A stretch of 64,000 nucleotides of DNA from the NCBI GenBank assembly GCA_013265495.1, contig MU057989.1, positions 1,193,513-1,257,512 on the forward strand. Reading direction: 5' to 3'. How positions within the stretch are numbered: position 1 is the first letter of the stretch; each line of letters begins with the position of its first letter. This document shows positions 1-12,031 of this stretch, piece after piece. The position numbers and the translations under genes are program-made. The notes beneath the pieces are model-generated. The model ran no database searches, had not been told where the DNA came from, and worked only from the letters and a program-made list of their open reading frames with translations. This DNA comes from Vicugna vicugna (lineage: Eukaryota).

Positions 1-890
1 TCAGACCTCATCTCTGTCTACGCACACTCCTTGCTCTTCGGACAACAGAGTTCCAGGAAGGAGTAGAAGCCGTGCTGTATGATTCAGAATCCAAGTACTT
101 CCCCAACCCTAGCTCCAGGTGTCATCAGGGTGACCTTGGGTGAGTTCCTTCAGCTGGCTCAGCTTCCTGGTCTGTAAAACAGAGGCCACACAGCACCTAG
201 CTCGCAGGCTGTCCCAAGTCAGTGACACAGCCGGCATGTTGTAGCATTAATAAGTGGTATTTGCTGTTATCACTGATACTGAGTTGCCACAGGTGGCAGT
301 GGCAGAGGCATCTGAGCTGGCCCAGGGAGAATGACAGGGCTTGGCGATGTGCAGGGGAGGGGCCAAGCTCCCCTCGTTCCCTGCTAGAACTTGTCACAGG
401 TGAGAGGAAGCAGGCGTGATGTAAGGTGCTTTTCTGGTGAACGTGGGGCTTGCCCACTTTACAGTAAAGACACTCCCAGGTAGGATCCCGCGGTGTGAAA
501 ATCAGCCTGCAATTTGCCCTTTAAAAGGGGCGTCTCTGTGAAGACTGTAATGAAATAACTGCCCATGGATGATTGGTTAGAAGTGCAGATTATCACATCC
601 TGCCCTGGCAGACAGCCGGCCCACCTGCAGCTAGACTCTGGGGCCAGAGACCCTGGGCAGACATGGGTTTGAAAAGCAGGTGTGAAGAAGGGGCTGGCTT
701 GGGTTGGGGGAAAGAGCCTGGGAAGGCAGTGTGGCCTGGGACACCTCAGAACATTGGCCTTCCTTCCTCGGTGTTGTCAATCCCAAGCCTGTCCAGTCCC
801 ATCCCCCAAATTTCCCCTTACTCCCCTTCCCCCAGCCCCACCCCCAAATTCCAGGTAGGAGAAATGAGTCATCAGTGGGCTTTATTGACC

Positions 891-1365
891 ACTGGACACA
901 AAAGACATGGTCCATCCATGCATCCGATGCAGTATTACTCAGCATGGAAAGGAAAGAAAATACTGACCCATCCATGCATCTGATGCAGTATTACTCAGCA
1001 TGGAAAGGAAAGAAAATACTGACACAGGGCACATCGTGGGTGAACNNNNNNNNNNNNNNNNNNNNNNNNNNNNNNNNNNNNNNNNNNNNNNNNNNNNNNN
1101 NNNNNNNNNNNNNNNNNNNNNNNNNNNNNNNNNNNNNNNNNNNNNNNNNNNNNNNNNNNNNNNNNNNNNNNNNNNNGGAGTCAGGAGGAAATGGGAGTGG
1201 GTGCTAATGGGTAGGGGGGTTTCTTTTTGGGGGTGACGAAAATGTTCTGATATTGATTGTGGTGATGGTTACAAAACTCTGTACGAAAAACCACTCAATT
1301 GTACAGTTTAGATGGGTGAATTCAATGGTATGTGACTTATATCAAATAAAGCGTTATATTTAAAT
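891..1365 (+). mobile_element. 5'-truncated L1 (L1MB-like) 3' end with 13-bp target-site duplication; contains an N-gap
   Basis: Typical L1M 3'UTR text (aaaatgttctgatattgattgtggtgatggtt...gtatgtgacttatatcaaataaagc), flanked by the direct repeat GGCTTTATTGACC at 878-890 and 1366-1378. Subfamily from recalled consensus. Confidence 0.85.
912..1023 (+). repeat. 56-bp tandem duplication inside the L1 fragment
   Basis: Unit ccatccatgcatc(c/t)gatgcagtattactcagcatggaaaggaaagaaaatactgac at 912-967 and 968-1023, one mismatch. Confidence 0.95.
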
Positions 1366-1739
1366 GGCTTTATTGACCCCAAAGATGTCCAGAAGTCCAG
1401 GGAGCCCCAGAAATCACAGGGATCCCCTACAGCACAGGGTTCAGAGCTCCTTTCTCCAGCCAAAGTGGGATCTGGCTGCTCCAAAGGTGCCGTCAGTGCC
1501 TCCTTTCCCAGAACACACCTGCCCTAGGAAGGCTGCTTGGAAGCTCAGGTGAGAGATTTGAACCCTAAGAAAGTGGATGTAAACAGCGGCATGGAGGGAG
1601 GACTTGGGTGAGCGCAGCAGCCGCTGTGGGTTTCCACTCTGCAGAGCACCTGTGCAAAGGGCAGATGGAATTTCCTTATTTTTAAACTTTAATCCTACTT
1701 GTGTGTCTAGAATGCTGTTCTTCTCTTAAATAACAACAC

Positions 1740-2336
1740 CTTCATTTCCTGTTGCTGTGTAACAAATTACCAGAAATTTCTTGGTGTCAGACAGCACCAT
1801 TTATCATCGCACAGTTCAGACGAGGAGAAGGCCAGGTGTGGCATGGCTGGGTTCTCAGCTAAGAGTCCTGCCAGGTGAAACTGAGGTGTCAGGCAGGGCT
1901 TCAATTTTGCCTGAGGCTTGGATTATCTTCCCAACTCACTGCTTGTCAGCAGGGTTCAGTTCCTTGTGGCTATAGGACTGAGGTCCCATTGTCTTGCTGG
2001 CTGTCAGCTGGGGCCCACTCAGCTTCTAGAGGTCACTCTCAGGTGGCCCCTCCATCTGAGGAACGGAGAGCGTCCCACGCATCCATCCCCCTCTTGCTTA
2101 GAATCTCTCTAATGTCCTCTTCTGCAAGCAGCTGGAGGAAACTCTCTGCTTCTAAAGGGCTTGTGTGATTAGGTCAGGCCCACCTGGATAACTTAGCTCA
2201 AGGACAACTGTGCCATATAACATAACCTACTAATCACGGGAGTAGGTCATATTCACTGGTTCCATGCATGCTCAATGAGAGGGGAGTATACAAGGGCAAA
2301 AGTCATTGGTGGTCACAGGAGAATTTTGCTACCACA
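1740..2336 (-). mobile_element. MaLR solo LTR (MLT1 family)
   Basis: Starts ttcatttcctgttgctgtgtaacaaattacc and ends gctaccaca, the reverse complement of the MLT1 TGTGGTAG start. Internal text resembles MLT1. Confidence 0.75.
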
Positions 2337-2760
2337 GATGGGGGAGCATGAAGGAGGTGCAGAGAAAGCTACGGACCTTCCGTAGGGACCTACAGAGGAC
2401 TGGGAATGGAACCTGAAAAGGTATTTAGGGCCCCCACCTAATTTGAGGCTTCTTCCTCTACACAAACATGCCCAGAAGTGAAGGATGGACAGGCCAGATG
2501 GCCTTTCAGGTACTCCAGCCTGCTTGGGGTGGGGGGCAGGGGGGTTGTGGACACCAGCTGTTGGAGGCAGGGATGAGATCCCATAGAAGCAAAAATCCCC
2601 TGCCTGGGAGAGGACCTTGAATGCTCCCAGGAAGGCCAGATGGGGATAAGATGCCTCTGTTGGGGTTTTGAGCAAATCCCAGTATCCCCCAACGCCCTGG
2701 TCTCCTTTCCTACTCTAATCACAGGGAGACCTCTGGGCCAACAAGGCTGGGTCACCCCAA

Positions 2761-2774
2761 CCACTAGGGGGCGC
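2761..2774 (+). promoter_or_regulatory. CTCF core motif
   Basis: CCACTAGGGGGCGC, 14/14 match to CCRSYAGRKGGCRS. Occupancy unknown. Confidence 0.65.
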
Positions 2775-5700
2775 CCAGCACACATGATGCCTTTGTGCAA
2801 GCTGGAGCCTGAACACACTGGGGAACCCAAGGCACTTATTGGGGTGAAAGGGCCGACCGCCCACCTCCCCACACCCCCAAGGCCCTGCAGATCCCCAGAG
2901 CACCAGGCCTGGCCAGGTGTCCAAAGGCCCTAAGCTCTGGATGCCCAATTCCTTCTAAGAACCCAACCTGGCTCACTTTGCTCATAAGCAAGCCCTTGAA
3001 AAGGGGGCTGGAGTCCACCTGGGGCATGTCCCCTGCCCCCACCTCTGGTCCTGCCCCTCGTGTCTCCAGGCCTGACACTGCAGCCCATGGGGTAGACTCC
3101 TGCCCTCCTCTCGTCTCCCTCCCTCAGCTCCTCCTGTCCTGGGTCCCCCAGGGAAACGTCCCTCTCCATTTCAACACATCAACCAGGAGGAACCAGGTCA
3201 TCTGCTTCAATTTGGTGCAGCCCCTTTATAAACACTCAGCGAATGGCCACCCTGGCTGGACTGGTTCGGTTTCAGACAGAAATGGTTGTCTGACCACTTC
3301 CTCAATTGACTGTAAGCAGACGAGGCGGTTATAACCATCCCACCAGGCCAATGGGGAGCCTGCGGCACAGCCCAGCAGTAAAGCTGGGACCTGACACCAG
3401 CCTGGGCCCTTCCCACCAGGCATGCAGGGGGACACAGAAGACAGGACATCGGGATCTCTGGTCATCAGGAAAGGAGACTAAGTAAGCCAAGGCACCAAGG
3501 GCGTATGGCCAGAGGACAAAAGGTCAGCAGAGACACCCTAAGAAACCAGGAGGGAGCATTTGGGGCTCAGGAAAGGGTTCACGCAGGAAGCAGGGGGTAG
3601 GGGAAGAGGATGCTGGGGTGCCGCTGGGTTCGGAGAGGCTGTCCAGTGTCCCTCTGGGCAGCTAGTTCTCCTCCAGAGGAGTGGAAGAGGGTGGGGAGAG
3701 AAGGAAGGACAGCCAGTCTTTTCTGGGGATGGAGAAGGGTGGGCTGAGACCAGCCAGGCCCAGGGAGCAACAGAGGCCTGCTCTAATTAGAAAGTAGACC
3801 CAGGTGAGCTGCGAGGAGGGAGGCAGCCAGGAAGGTGGGAGGACTTCTCCTTGGGGTGGGGGCCTTAAGCCCCGGCATGGCATGTCATGTCAGGAGGCAT
3901 GCGTGTGTGCTAGTGGGCCCAAGTGGCCTGCGCTGCCATGGACCAGGCATCCCCTGTTCTGTCCACACTTCGGGCCCCAACTCCCTTATACCCCAGGGAC
4001 TTGCCCAAGGTCACCTAGCCAGGCTGCGCCAGTGCCTGCTTCCCTTCTGGCTCCTCCTCGACGGCCTGTGCCGCTGCCTGCAGGCTGAGAGCTCACCTGG
4101 TCCTGGTGGCCCAGCCCTGCTCAGGTAAAGCCAGGTGCAAGACGGGGCTGAGGGGTATGGAGGGAGAAAACCCTGTCTGTGTGAAATGACAAGGTCAGGC
4201 TTGTGGAGATACAGAGGCCATGGTCTGTGGTTGACGGTCAGTGCCCAGCCAGCCAGGGGAAGGAGCAACTCCCAGGGGTCAGGGAAGGCCTCGGCTTCAA
4301 ATTTGGGCAGACAGAGAGGAAGGAGATGTGATACACTCTCCAGAGGGAACCTGGCTGAGCAGAGGATGGTTTCAGGATGGTGCTCTCCCCCCTCAACACC
4401 TCTGGACCTTGCGGCAGCGCTGCTCCTACCAGCACACTGGGGGTTAACATCTGTCTGGTACAGTGACCACAGCAGCAGTGGCTGCAATGCCAGGAACTTG
4501 GAAGCTGAAATGTGAGAAGCAGGAGAGGGGCAGGGCTGGGAAAGGCTGAGCAGCAGCAGCGAGGAGAAAGGGCTTCCCTGGCAGGAGCCTGCAGCTCAGA
4601 TCCAGCGGCCAGAGGAGGCCCTCCCATCCTTGGCCCAGGTCCCCTCCGCATCACTGCCCCTCCTGCCTCAGGCTGTGGGCTGTGGCACCCACTCACGGTG
4701 GTCCCCGGTCACGCCAGCATCCAAGCCCTCGTGCCACGGAGCAGCAGGTCCTGGCTGCAGATCTGGGGAAGGGGTGGAGGGTGTGCCCAGGCAAGCAGCA
4801 GAGAATGCATGGGGCTTTGCCAGAAGCACTGGGTGGGGAGACAGGCAGAGGTCAGAGAAGGGAGCAGGACAGGAGGTCCCTGGGGACCCCAGCCTCAGAG
4901 GCATGGACTTGACTTCCCCTTTCTTGGGCAGAACTGAGTCATGGGAGCCTCTCTTGGCTCCAAAGGCAGGGAGACACACAAAGCTCCCCGCCCCCACCCA
5001 GGCCTGCTGCCTTGCAGTGAGGACGACTAACTGCGGCTTTCCAAGGTGCCAGGCACCATGTGAGCCCCTCATCTCCCTTCCCTTAATCAATCCCACAACC
5101 ACCGTATCAGCAGGTATATTATTGTGACCCCCATGACAGATGAGCAAACAGAAGCTCAGAGAAGTTTAGAAACCTACCCGAAGCCACACAGCCAGAGCGG
5201 CAAAGATGACATGAACCTGGGTTTGTCTGACAGCAATTACCCACCAGACCACACTCTCCGGCAGGTGGAAGGGGCAAAGTCCACCAGCAGGTGACACCCG
5301 GGTATGTGCCAAACCCAAGAAGCAAGAGATGAAAGGCACCCCAGGAACCCCAGAAAAGCGGCTGCAAATGAACAAAAGGGGCAGTAGTGTTTGAGGCTTG
5401 GTACCCCATGAGGTGGTGCAGGCTGAGAAGCAAGGGAAAAGCCTGGTCCCACCAGGACCTGTGGATGAGGATTCTATGGCAGTAGGCACTTCTCGTACCT
5501 CCCTAAGGTGCATCCCCTTGGAGCCACAGGGTCACCACTGAGCAGATGACACACTCAGAGCCCTCCTGGGGCTTGAGGTTTGCGTGGCCCTTGTTTGAAG
5601 AGTCAGCAATATTAACTGTGGCACAGTGCTGGGCAAGGCTCTGCTAAAAACAGAAGCACTGTAGTAGGCACCATCAGAGCCTGCTGGCCAGGGGACAGGA

Positions 5701-5859
5701 GGGTCCCAGCTCCACAGCTTCCAGCTGTGACCTTGACTCACCTCTCTGAGCCTCACTTTCTCGCCCAAAGAAGGGGGATCATGCCAGCACTGACATGTAA
5801 GGGTGCTGTGAGGACTGAATGAGGTGTTTGTCAAAAAGCACTAAGATCAAAAACCTTTG

Positions 5860-6555
5860 TCTTCAAAACGACTTGTACACGCATATTCATAGCAGCATTC
5901 TTCATGAGAAGTAGAAACANNNNNNNNNNNNNNNNNNNNNNNNNNNNNNNNNNNNNNNNNNNNNNNNNNNNNNNNNNNNNNNNNNNNNNNNNNNNNNNNN
6001 NNNNNNNNNNNNNNNNNNNNNNNNNNNNNNNNNNNNNNNNNNNNNNNNNNNNNNNNNNNNNNNNNNNNNNNNNNNNNNNNNNNNNNNNNNNNNNNNNNNN
6101 NNNTTATGAAAATGTCCAGAACAGGCAAATCTGTAGTCAGAAAGCAGACTGGTGGTGATTGCCAGTGGTTGGAGCAGGGGCGTGGAGGAATGGGGAGTGA
6201 CAGCTAATGGGTTGGGGGTTCTTTTTCCTTTTGTTTCTGTTTTTAATCGATTTTATTTTTTAAAGTAGTTTTAAGTTCACAGCAATTTTGAGCAAAGGTA
6301 CAGAGATTTTCTATACACTCCCTGCCCCTACATGTGCACAGCACCCCCTCCACTATCAAATCCCCCATGTGAACGGTACTTTTCTCACAACTGATGAATC
6401 TGCTAGGGTTCCTTTTGTGGGATGATGAAAATGTTCTGGAATTAGATGGTGGAGAAGGATGCACGACTCAGTAAATACACTAAAACCCACTGAACTGTAC
6501 ACTTTAAAAGGGTGAATTTGATGGTATGTGAATTATATCGCAATTTTTAAAAAGC
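5860..6555 (+). mobile_element. L1MB-like 3' end, interrupted by an N-gap and a nested element
   Basis: catattcatagcagcatt..., aaaatgtccagaacaggcaaatct... and gatgaaaatgttctggaattagat...gtatgtgaattatatcgcaat match the L1M 3'UTR. Confidence 0.8.
6235..6408 (-). mobile_element. Antisense L1MA-like 3' fragment nested in the older L1
   Basis: T-rich tail followed by gttttaagttcacagcaattttgagc...acaactgatgaatct, flanked by direct repeat TTCCTTTTGT at 6225-6234 and 6409-6418. Confidence 0.7.
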
Positions 6556-9239
6556 ACTTAGAGCACAGAAAATGCAGCTCTCATTACTACGTCCTTCAAC
6601 TTCAAGATTCTGTTGTATAATGGAAAAGACTAGATGAACACATCAAAAAATGTTTGACACCCAGAAGAGAGCGGGCAGTCTGGTCCCGGCAGCCTGGGAT
6701 GACTGTCACAGAGTTACACTCAGGACATGCAGGACATGGACAAGTGACGGATGCAGGAGCCCCGTTGCTGCATTGGCTGATGTGGTGGCAGGCTCCTTAC
6801 AGAGGTACTCAACCCACCATGTCCAGAGAAACAGAACCAAGAGTGCGGGAGGCTGGCAGGAATCCGAGGAGATGGCATTTGGGAGTCAGAGGACGTGGTT
6901 GGTTTGGTGAGGAAGAGCAGGCACCCACACAGGTGTGGCGTCCCAGAGGGATGCCAGCAGACAGGGCTGGTGGGAGTGGAGGGCGCTGAGCTCAGGGAGG
7001 AAGGGGAGGCACACTCTTCAAGCACTAGAGGATACTGGGCGGTGCTTGACTTCAGTTTACAAATAGCTGCAAAAAGCTTGAAGGAGGCTGGCCCTCCACC
7101 CTCGCAGAAGCTCCAGGTTTCCCCTGAGGTGTTTGAGAGGTTTAGACTACTCTGGGCATTGGGTTTCCTCTTCTGAGAAACCCCAGGCCTGGGATCCCCT
7201 CTGACCATCCCCACAAGGTTCCAGGGTTCCTGGAGACAGAATACAGGAAATCGCAAGCCTGATTCAGGCCCCTCCTCCCCCACCCCCACCCCAAGGTCAA
7301 ATGACAGACAGGCTTATGCTGTAGCCTGGGAGGGAGGGACAGAGGCAGCCACTCCTAGGATAGAGCTGGAGCTGAGGGCACAGGGAGAGGACTCCCAGGG
7401 GCAGGCCTGGGCCTGCAGGCCCACAGGTGAGGCCCACCCGCTTCTCCCTCCACCCCTTGCCTGTCATTCTTGCCTCCACCCTCTGTCCTGGTAGTCCCTA
7501 ACCCTCTCGGGGAGAAGCCAAACAATACAAAACTCCCTGGAGAAGAGAAAGGGGCCTGCACGCTCACTTGCACACACGTGCACACAGGCACATATGTGTG
7601 CACCATCCTTTCAGCCCACAGAGCAGATCTCACAGCACTAGAGACTGAGAAGAGTAAGGGAGTTAGGCTAGTTAGCATCACACCTCCTCCAGGCCAGGCA
7701 GGTGCCGAGGAATTTGCAAGCATTGTCTCAATGGATCCTGAAAAGAATCCTATGAGATTCCACAGTTGGAGAAAATGAGCTTCTAAGAGCTTCTGGAACT
7801 TAGCCAGCAGAACACCCCTTTAGGTAAGAGCCATAGAGCCCAGCACAGGGCCTGGCACAAGCCCCAGAAGCCAGGCCCATGGGGTCAGCTCAGCAGAGTA
7901 GGCGTGTCTGCTGTTTCTGCCCATGCCCTGGCACTGGCTCCTTTGGGGGACCCCCAATTTCCACTTTCTCTATGTGGCTCTTGGGGTGTCAGCCATGCAC
8001 TGGGGTAAACTCCTGACCCAGACCTGTCCCATCAGCGTCCAGGATGAGCTGGGCCCCAACTGGGCCAACAAAATAGGCAAGCCTAGGGTCTTGCTGGAGC
8101 CCCAAGGAGAGGCAAGCTGGGAGTCTGCAGGGAAGCAATGGCCCAAGAGTAAAGTGACACAGAGGACACTGGGCCAGGAGACGCAAGCCAGTGTCCCTGG
8201 ACCACTGCTGAGCACTGGACCAGCTAGGCCCTTGGCCTTCACCATTGCATGAGCTATTAACCAACTAGCCTTTGAAGGAAAGTCTGACTGCAGAACTCAC
8301 GCTGTTTCCCTGCCCCATGCTGTCCCCTTAGAGCCAGGACAGGGCTCCAGATGGGACCTCACCTCTCTCTCAGAATCCTGGGGCCAGGGATGGGGGTGTG
8401 GGACCCGCTCAGCCTCCTCCTCAGCTCCATTGCTCAGTTTGACCTTCAAAGTTGACATCTGCTTGCAAGAATCTGTCTTTTTTCTCCTGGAATCCAGCCT
8501 CCAGATGTCGGATCCAAGGCAGCAGCAGTGGCTGCATGGCTCCCCCCAGAGTGAATCAGCCACATTCCAAAGGTGCAAACACAGACACCGCGCCCTCGGC
8601 AGCCTGGGGCTGCAGACTTCCTCCCCAGGCCAGCCGGCCCCCGCTCCCCCTCCTCTCCCCTCCCCGCTCCCCGCTTCCCAGCCAGACCAGGCTTCGGGCT
8701 TCCTTTCCAGAGACATTCCTTCTGGAACTGGAACAGAGAAAAAGAAAGCCACTAGGGCTGGGAGACACCCTGACCCGGCCTGCTGGCTCCCTCCCCGGCA
8801 GCGAGGATGGACCCTAGCCTGGACCTCACAGCCCCTACCCCTACCCCAGTAGTTATCAGCCTGGATGGCTCATTCAGGGAACCAGTATTTACTGAGTACC
8901 TAATACACGGCAAACAACACAGAGACAAGCCCCTGACCTCACAGAACTCGGCCCAGCAAGAGTCACGGACAGAAAACAGTTCGAAGTGTGGGAATAGTTC
9001 TAAAAGAAAGGAAGAGCTGAGATGGATGACAAGTGACAAAGGGAGGGGAATGGGGGCCTCTCTTGGGGGTAACACGTAAGCTGAGGCCAGAAGGAAACCT
9101 TACCTACAGAGTCACTTCTCAGCAATCACGTCACGAGAACCACTGCAAAGTAAACCCAAGTAATGTCGCCCATCACTCAGCAAGGTGAGTCCTTGTCCTG
9201 CTGCCCTCCATCAACGTAGATGCCCGGATGCCTGGCCGG

Positions 9240-9950
9240 TTTTTTTTAATAAAACCTTTATCGAGATATAATTCACATACCGCACAACTCACCATTTTAA
9301 AGTATACAGTTCAATGTTTTTCAGTATTTCAACATCGTGCCACTATCAACACAATTAATTTTAGAATATTTTCATCACCCCAGAAGAAATCCTGCACTGC
9401 TTAGCAGGTGTCCTCTAACACCCCCGCCCTCAACCCCTGGCAACCACTTATCTACTTTCTGTCTATGGCTTGGCCTCTTCTGGACATTTCATAGAAACAG
9501 ACTTACACAATACGTGGCCTTTTGTGTCTGACTCTTTCAGAGCATCACGTTTGTGAGGTTCNNNNNNNNNNNNNNNNNNNNNNNNNNNNNNNNNNNNNNN
9601 NNNNNNNNNNNNNNNNNNNNNNNNNNNNNNNNNNNNNNNNNNNNNNNNNNNNNNNNNNNNNNNNNNNNNNNNNNNNNNNNNNNNNNNNNNNNNNNNNNNN
9701 NNNNNNNNACATCCAACTACAAGTGTTCGTGTGGACATATATTTTCATTTCTCTTGGGTGTACACCTAGGAGGGGAATCGCTGTGTCAGAGGGTGACTCT
9801 ATGCTGAGGAATTGCCATCAGTGACACTATCTGACATACCCACCAGCAAGGGGAGGGGGTTCCAAGTCCTCCCTCTCCTCCCCAACCCTTGTTACTGCCT
9901 TTTTGTGACAGCCACTGGGGATGTGAAGTGGTATCTTACTGTGGTACCTA
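9240..9950 (-). mobile_element. L1MB-like 3' end (antisense), with N-gap
   Basis: Poly-T, then tttatcgagatataattcacataccgcacaactcaccattttaaagtatacagttca...ctggcaaccact...tggacatttcatagaaa. Confidence 0.85.
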
Positions 9951-10356
9951 AATGCACCCCTTTCATGCCTGCACTGCCCCCATCTCCTGCAGATTTCGGT
10001 GCTTCCAAGCCCTACACCAAGCCCTCCACCTTGATCCACTTCCTCCTTCACAAAGGTCAAAGCCAAATCCAGTCAAATGCCTGCAGGACTTTAGGTACAA
10101 GAAGAAGTGGGGAAGTGAGGTGGGGGTGGGGTGTCCTGGCCTGTGCCCCTGCCCCTGTGCAGGGATTGAGGAAGAGGGGCCTCGGGCAATTTCCTACAGG
10201 AGTTCCTATACATCTCTTCCTACCTGCGCCTCCACAGATGGGGCAGGGTGTCTGTTCCTTCACTGCTATTCTCCTAGATAGTAGGCGCACCATCAACAAT
10301 TGTCCAATGAATGAACGAATGAACAGAAGAGAATGGGGGGGCGTGATTAGTGGTTA

Positions 10357-10550
10357 GAAGCTCAGGCTCTGGAGGGAACTGGTTTGCACTTGAATCCCAG
10401 CTCTGCTACTTTAGAGCTGGATACCCTTGGACCAATCACTTGGCTTCTCTGAGCATCTCTCTCCTCATCTACAAGATAGGCCTGACAGTGACGTTCTGCC
10501 TGACAGGGTGGTTTTGAGGATTAAATGTGGTAATAAAGATCAAGCAGTAT
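10357..10550 (+). mobile_element. MIR SINE
   Basis: gaatcccagctctgctact...tctcctcatctacaagatagg...gaggattaaatg, MIR core. Confidence 0.7.
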
Positions 10551-11900
10551 TACATGCCAAGGACTTCCAGAGATGAGGTAAAGTAAGAACCTTGTGAGAC
10601 AGGACTATCATTACCAGCCTTGACCTTACAGACAAGAAAATGAGAATGCTTCAATGGAGGGCTCAAGGAATTTGTCCAGTCAGAAGGCTGAGAAGGGCAA
10701 AACCAAGATCTAAACCAAGACCCCTGACTCCAGGCAAGGAGACTGACCCAATGCCATGTGGCCCCTAACACAGATGGACGAAAGCTGTGCATCTCTGAGG
10801 AGGTGCCAATGGGCTGGTCCAGAGGGGGAGCTGCCCATTCAGCTGATGTCCACAGGCGCAGTGTTGGCCTTTTGGGAGTTGCTGCGGAGTTCAGAGGCCC
10901 CTAGAGGACAGGACAGATGGAGGGACACTAGAGAGGCTACCAAAGCAGAGCTGAACATGCCTGGGGGGAGGGGGTGGAAGAAAGGAGAAAAGAGACCCTA
11001 AGGCTGCAAGCCTGGGACACTAGGACAGACATCAATGCAGGGGCGGCGGGGGGGCGGTGCTCAAGGGTCAGGAAGTTGAGGGGGTACTAAGAGTTTTACC
11101 AGGGAAAGCAGAAAGAAGTCAGAAGTCTCTGGCAGAGAAGCCTGGCTACTGAGATGGGCTCCCTTAAAGGTGGCAGGCACTCTCTTCTACGAGGGCATGT
11201 GGCTTCAAAGGAGCCACGCAGAACCCAGAGCAGCTGGACCACCCTAAGGTGACAAGTGTGGCCAGATTCCCTCAAAGTCAAAGAGCTAATCTGGAAGAGC
11301 TCCAATGCACACAGGCTGAGAGGAGGTATCAAGCGAGCCCCTAAAAATGCAGTCCTGGTGCACCCGGGAGACTGCATATAAATGGTGGGGACTCTCAGAA
11401 TAGAGATGGGGTTCCCCTCACTTCTGCCTGTGCAACTGCAAATGAGGAAAGGCATCAAGCAGAGAAGGCTCGAGGAGGGAAACCTAGGGAATACCCAGTT
11501 TCAGGGGGCCACAGGCAGAGGGGGCGGTGGTGCAGACCCTAGAGGGCTTCAAGTGAGCAAAAGCAAGGACTTTTGGAGAAGCAGCTGAGAGAACGTCTTC
11601 CTGCGAAGAGCGACAGGAGGGGACAGCTTGGGACAGAGCTCTGCAGTGAGCAGTGAGAGGGTGACTGGGCCAGCCTGCTCTTTTGGGAAAGTTGGCAAGG
11701 GAGGGATGGAGGCAGGACTATCGCTTGAGACGTCATCATTTATTTCAAACAGGGGAGAAGCTCGGCTGATGACAGTGCCCCAACTGAAGAGTGAATGCAT
11801 TTAAATTTGGTCCTGGCAAACAATTACATGAATCAGGCTGCGATCTGCTAGAAGGCTCTGGAAGGGGCTTCTCATGGCTGCTGGGCTGAGAGGTCCAGGA

Positions 11901-12031
11901 CAGTGGTTTTCCAGGTTTAGTCAGAAGACCATATGCATCATAGCCACTTGGGAGCTCATTAAAAATGCAGATCCCTGGGCCTCGCCCTGGCCTTACTGGT
12001 TCAGTAAGCCTGTCAGTTTGAGAACCCACTG
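11901..12031. mobile_element. MER5-type hAT-Charlie DNA transposon relic
   Basis: Terminal inverted repeats cagtggttttcc / tttgagaacccactg and internal ttaaaaatgcagatccctgggcc. Confidence 0.75.
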
